From an uncultured Thermoleophilia bacterium (GTDB taxonomy: Bacteria; Actinomycetota; Thermoleophilia; UBA2241): a stretch of DNA of 64,000 bases. Where the stretch lies: assembly GCA_963715985.1 (NCBI GenBank), contig CAVQSP010000020.1, forward strand, positions 226,279 through 290,278, in the 5' to 3' direction. Positions 60,308 to 64,000 of this stretch are shown here, one piece after another; position 1 is the stretch's first letter, and every line of letters begins with the position of its first letter. The notes below the pieces were generated by a model. It made no database searches. It had not been told where the DNA came from and saw only the letters and a list, made by a program, of their open reading frames with translations. Made by a program: the position numbers and the translations under genes.

Positions 60308-62081
60308 ATGCCGACACTTACCATTGACGGGATCACCGTCGAGGTCCCCGAGGGCACCACGGTGCTCCAGGCCGCCCGGCAGGCCGGCGTGAAGATCCCG
60401 ACCCTCTGCTACCTCGAAGACGTCCAGTCCATCGGCGCCTGCCGCGTCTGCCTCGTCGAGGTCGAGGGCGCCCGCACGCTGGTCGCCTCGTGCAGCCAGC
60501 CGGCGACCGACGGCATGGTCGTCAAGACCAACACCGGCAAGGTGCGCGACGGCCGCCAGACGGTCGTCGAGCTGCTGCTCTCCGAGCACGACGGCGACTG
60601 CCAGGTCTGCGGCCGCACCGCCGACTGCGAGCTGCGCACGCTGGCCCACGACCTCGGCATCGGCGAGCTCCGCTACGAGGGCGAGAAGACCCTCAAGATG
60701 ATCGACGACAGCACGCCGGCGCTCATCCGCGACACCGGCAAGTGCATCGCCTGCCGCCGCTGCGTCACGGTGTGCAACGAGGTCCAGGACGTCGGCGGGC
60801 TGTTCGCCCAGGGCCGCGGCTTCGCCACCCTCATCGGCCCGGCGTTCGCGCAGGACCTGAGCGACGTCGTCTGCGTGCAGTGCGGCCAGTGCGCCGCCGT
60901 GTGCCCGGTGGGCGCCATCCAGGAGCGCAACCAGATCGACCAGGTCTGGGACGCGCTCGAGGACCCGACCAAGACCGTCATCGTGCAGACCGCGCCGGCG
61001 ATCCGCGCCGCGCTCGGCGAGTGCTTCGACTACCCGCCGGGCACGCTGGTGACCGGCAAGATGGTCGCCGCCCTGCGCCGCCTGGGCTTCGACGCCGTGT
61101 TCGACACCAACTTCACCGCCGACCTCACGATCATGGAGGAGGGCACCGAGCTGCTCGTGCGGCTCAAGAAGGCGCTCGTCGACGGCGAGCAGGTGGCTCT
61201 GCCGCAGTTCTCCAGCTGCTCTCCGGGCTGGATCAACTACATGGAGCACTTCAACCCCGACATGCTCGACAACCTGAGCACCTGCAAGTCCCCGCAGCAG
61301 ATGTTCGGGGCGATCGCCAAGACCTACTACGCCGAGAAGATCGGCGTGAAGCCCGAGGACATGGTCGTGGTCTCGGTCATGCCGTGCACCGCCAAGAAGT
61401 ACGAGGCGGCGCGTCCGGAGATGAACGACAGCGGCGTGCGGGACGTCGACATCGTGCTCACCACGCGTGAGCTCGGCGCGCATGATCACGCAGGCCGGCA
61501 TCGACTTCCGCGGCCTGCCCGACGAGGAGATGGACGCGCCGCTGGGCATCAGCACCGGCGCCGCCGACATCTTCGCCAACACCGGCGGCGTCATGGAGGC
61601 GGCCCTGCGCACGGCCTGGGAGATCGTCACCGAGACGCCGTTCCCGTTCCCCAACCTGCACGTCGAGCCGATCGAGGGCCTCGAGGGCGTGAAGGTCGCC
61701 ACCGTCAAGGTCGAAGGCGCCAAGGGCGACTGGGCGTTCCTCGAGGGCGCCGACCTCAAGGTCGCCGTGGCCCACGGCCTCGGCAACGCGCAGAAGGTCA
61801 TCGACCAGGTCAAGAACGGCGAGGCCGAGTACCACTTCGTCGAGGTCATGACCTGCCCCGGCGGCTGCATCGGCGGCGGCGGGCAGCCGCGCTTCACGAC
61901 CAACGAGGTGCGCAAGGCGCGCATCGCGGCCATCTACCGCGAGGACGAGGGCCGCGAGCTGCGCAAGTCGCACGAGAACCCCGCCGTGTGCGCGCTCTAC
62001 GAGGAGTACCTCGGCGCGCCGTGCGGCGAGATCTCGCACCACCTCCTGCACACCCAGTACTTCGAGCACGACCGCGTCTGA
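60308..62081 (+). CDS. hydA: [FeFe]-hydrogenase catalytic subunit, group A3-type (frameshift near 61470)
   Basis: 2Fe-2S, His-ligated and two 4Fe-4S motifs; H-cluster motifs SSCSPGW, MPCTAKKYE, EVMTCPGGCIGGGGQP. Confidence 0.92.
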
Positions 62082-62228
62082 GACGCGGCGGAACATCCGG
62101 CCGGCCCGCGAGGGCCGGCCGGACCCGGCGGGGCGAGGTGACCCTGAGCGCCTCGCCCCGCCACCGCGGCCCTCGCGGCCGGCCGGGACGAGAGAAGCGA
62201 CAGCTATACTGAAAGCGGACCATGACCG

Positions 62229-62627
62229 GTGAGCACCCTCATACTGATCGTCGACGACGACTACGACTTCCTCGAGATCAACCGCTTCATCCTCGAGGAC
62301 GCCGGCTACCGCGTGGTCACCGCGACCAACCCCGCGGAGGCGCGGGACGCGCGTCGCCGAGGAGGCGCCGGACCTCGTCATCACCGACCTGATGATGACG
62401 AGCATCGACGCGGGCTTCGCCTTCGCCGCCGAGCTCAAGAGCGACCCGCGCACCGCCGGCGTCCCGGTCATCATCTCGACCTCGGTGAGCAGCGCGCTGG
62501 GCCTCGACTTCAGCCGCAGTCGCCCGAGGACCTGGAGAAGATGAACGTGGACGCCTATTTCGACAAGCCCATCGACGCCCGGGCGCTGGTCGCCAAGGTC
62601 GCGGAGCTCCTCGGACGTCCCCGCTGA
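62229..62627 (+). CDS. Single-domain response regulator (frameshifted)
   Basis: LIVDDD, PDLVITDLMM (second frame), FDKP. Confidence 0.78.
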   Translation: MSTLILIVDDDYDFLEINRFILEDAGYRVVTATNPAEARDARRRGGAGPRHHRPDDDEHRRGLRLRRRAQERPAHRRRPGHHLDLGEQRAGPRLQPQSPEDLEKMNVDAYFDKPIDARALVAKVAELLGRPR

Positions 62628-62647
62628 ACGGCCGGTGCGACACGCTG

Positions 62648-64000
62648 ATGAACGAGGACAAGGTCGCCTACCTCCAGCTGGTCACGACGATCCAGGAGAA
62701 GTGCCGGCGCTGCTACACGTGCGTGCGCGAGTGCCCGGCCAAGGCCATCAGATCCTGGACGGCCAGGCCAAGGTCATCCAGAGCGCTGCATCGGCTGCGG
62801 CAACTGCGTCACGGTCTGCAGCCAGAACGCCAAGCAGGTGCTGACGGCATCGAGGACACCGAGGAGCTGCTCGCCGGCGACGCGCCCGGTGGCGGCCATC
62901 GTCGCGCCCAGCTTCCCCGCCGAGTTCACCGACTGCGACACCGGGCGCTCGTGGCCGCCCTGCGCGAGCTGGGCTTCGCGCAGGTGCACGAGGTGGGCTT
63001 CGGCGCCGACCTCGTCGCCGCCGAATACCGCGATCTGCTCCCGTCCGACACGGATCGCTACATCGCCACCACCTGCCCGGCCGTGGTCACCTACGTGCGA
63101 AAGTACCACCCGGACCTGCTCGACAGCCTGGCGCCCATCGTCTCCCCGATGATCGCCCTCGCGCGGGTCATGCGCGCCGCTACGGGCCCGAGCGCGGGTC
63201 GTCTTCATCGGCCCTTGCATCGCCAAGAAGGGCGAGGCCGCCCACGACGAGGTGGAGCGGCGAGATCGACGCCGTGCTCACGTTCACCGAGCTGCATCAG
63301 ATGCTCGACCCCTCATCTTCACCTCACCCCCGACTACATCACCGAGCCGCTGCCGTTTTTGACCCGCCGCACGGTTCGCCCTGGGCTCGCTCTTTCCGCT
63401 GGCCCGCGGCCTGCTCCAGGCGGCCGACCTGCACGAAGACCTGCTCACCGCCGACATCCTCGCTCGCCGACGGCCGCGACAGCTTCGCCGACGCGATCGA
63501 CGACTTCGCCCACGAAGACTCCGACGTGCGCCTGCTCGACATCCTCACCTGCCAGGGCTGCATCGGCGGCGTCGGCTTCACGCGGCGACGAGCTCGCTCT
63601 ACCGGCGGCATCGTGCCGAGCAGCAAGCCGCTACGCCAGGGGAACGCGAGCTTCGACTACGATCACGAGACCTGGCAGCAGGACCTGGCCCGCTACGCCG
63701 ATCTCGACCTCTAGCCGCACCTCAACAGCGCCCACGACCAGCGCTCGTCGACCAAGCCGACCGACGACGAAGCTCGAGACGACCTCCTCGCCCCGCATGG
63801 GCAAGTCACGACCCGAGGACCAGCTCAACTGCGGCGCCTGCGGCCTCGACCAGTCGTGCCTCGCGCACGCGGTCGCGGTGTTCCACGGCATCGCCGAGAT
63901 CGAGATGTGCCTGCCGTATCTCCGTCGAGCGGCTGCTCTGGACCACGGTCGACTGACCTCGAGGAGCGCTACCGCTCGCTCGAGAGCACCAAGGAGGCCC
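62648..64000 (+). CDS. Putative sensory [FeFe]-hydrogenase (HydS/group C-like), heavily frameshifted, truncated by window end
   Basis: CRRCYTCVRECP, CIGCGNC, ATTCPAVV, GPCIAKKGE, LTCQGCIGG, LNCGACG, EMCLPY. Confidence 0.72.
   Translation, partial: MNEDKVAYLQLVTTIQEKCRRCYTCVRECPAKAIRSWTARPRSSRALHRLRQLRHGLQPERQAGADGIEDTEELLAGDAPGGGHRRAQLPRRVHRLRHRALVAALRELGFAQVHEVGFGADLVAAEYRDLLPSDTDRYIATTCPAVVTYVRKYHPDLLDSLAPIVSPMIALARVMRAATGPSAGRLHRPLHRQEGRGRPRRGGAARSTPCSRSPSCIRCSTPHLHLTPDYITEPLPFLTRRTVRPGLALSAGPRPAPGGRPARRPAHRRHPRSPTAATASPTRSTTSPTKTPTCACSTSSPARAASAASASRGDELALPAASCRAASRYARGTRASTTITRPGSRTWPATPISTSSRTSTAPTTSARRPSRPTTKLETTSSPRMGKSRPEDQLNCGACGLDQSCLAHAVAVFHGIAEIEMCLPYLRRAAALDHGRLTSRSATARSRAPRRP

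Noticed and set aside
53400-64000. Apparent pseudogenisation or programmed frameshifting of the hydrogenase operon
   Set aside because: Indels are scattered, rise steadily toward the window end and leave motifs and codon bias intact, which is typical of low-coverage long-read error; isolated ones also occur near 1545, 4060, 26335, 28440 and 42560

Overview
High-GC bacterial chromosomal segment, most consistent with an anaerobic or facultative deep-branching Actinobacterium (Thermoleophilia-like; inferred from GC content, leaderless TANNNT promoters and gene content). It carries redox/stress genes (DUF362, hemerythrin, DUF438-like, cupin), an ABC-F ATPase, a cluster-less MutY, a PlsA/PlsR-like pair, an amidase, a radical SAM enzyme, tRNA-Phe, a TrkA/APC K+ module, hppA, mtnP, a CoA-transferase, a polyphosphate cluster, Rrf2-NifU, a class III aminotransferase, and a Rex-led [FeFe]-hydrogenase operon running off the window end. 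Many single-base frameshifts, dense after ~53 kb, look like assembly errors. Two highlights: (1) three unannotated 45-52 aa peptides, two clearly paralogous, behind near-consensus promoters overlapped by Rex/Crp-type boxes (9.2-10 kb); (2) an operon with a sigma28/WhiG-like promoter and a c-di-GMP-I riboswitch encoding a secreted S8 protease with a 12x Trp-pentapeptide (WTKYK) tail, followed by a membrane PP2C phosphatase, an anti-sigma-type kinase and a STAS protein (20.3-24.9 kb).
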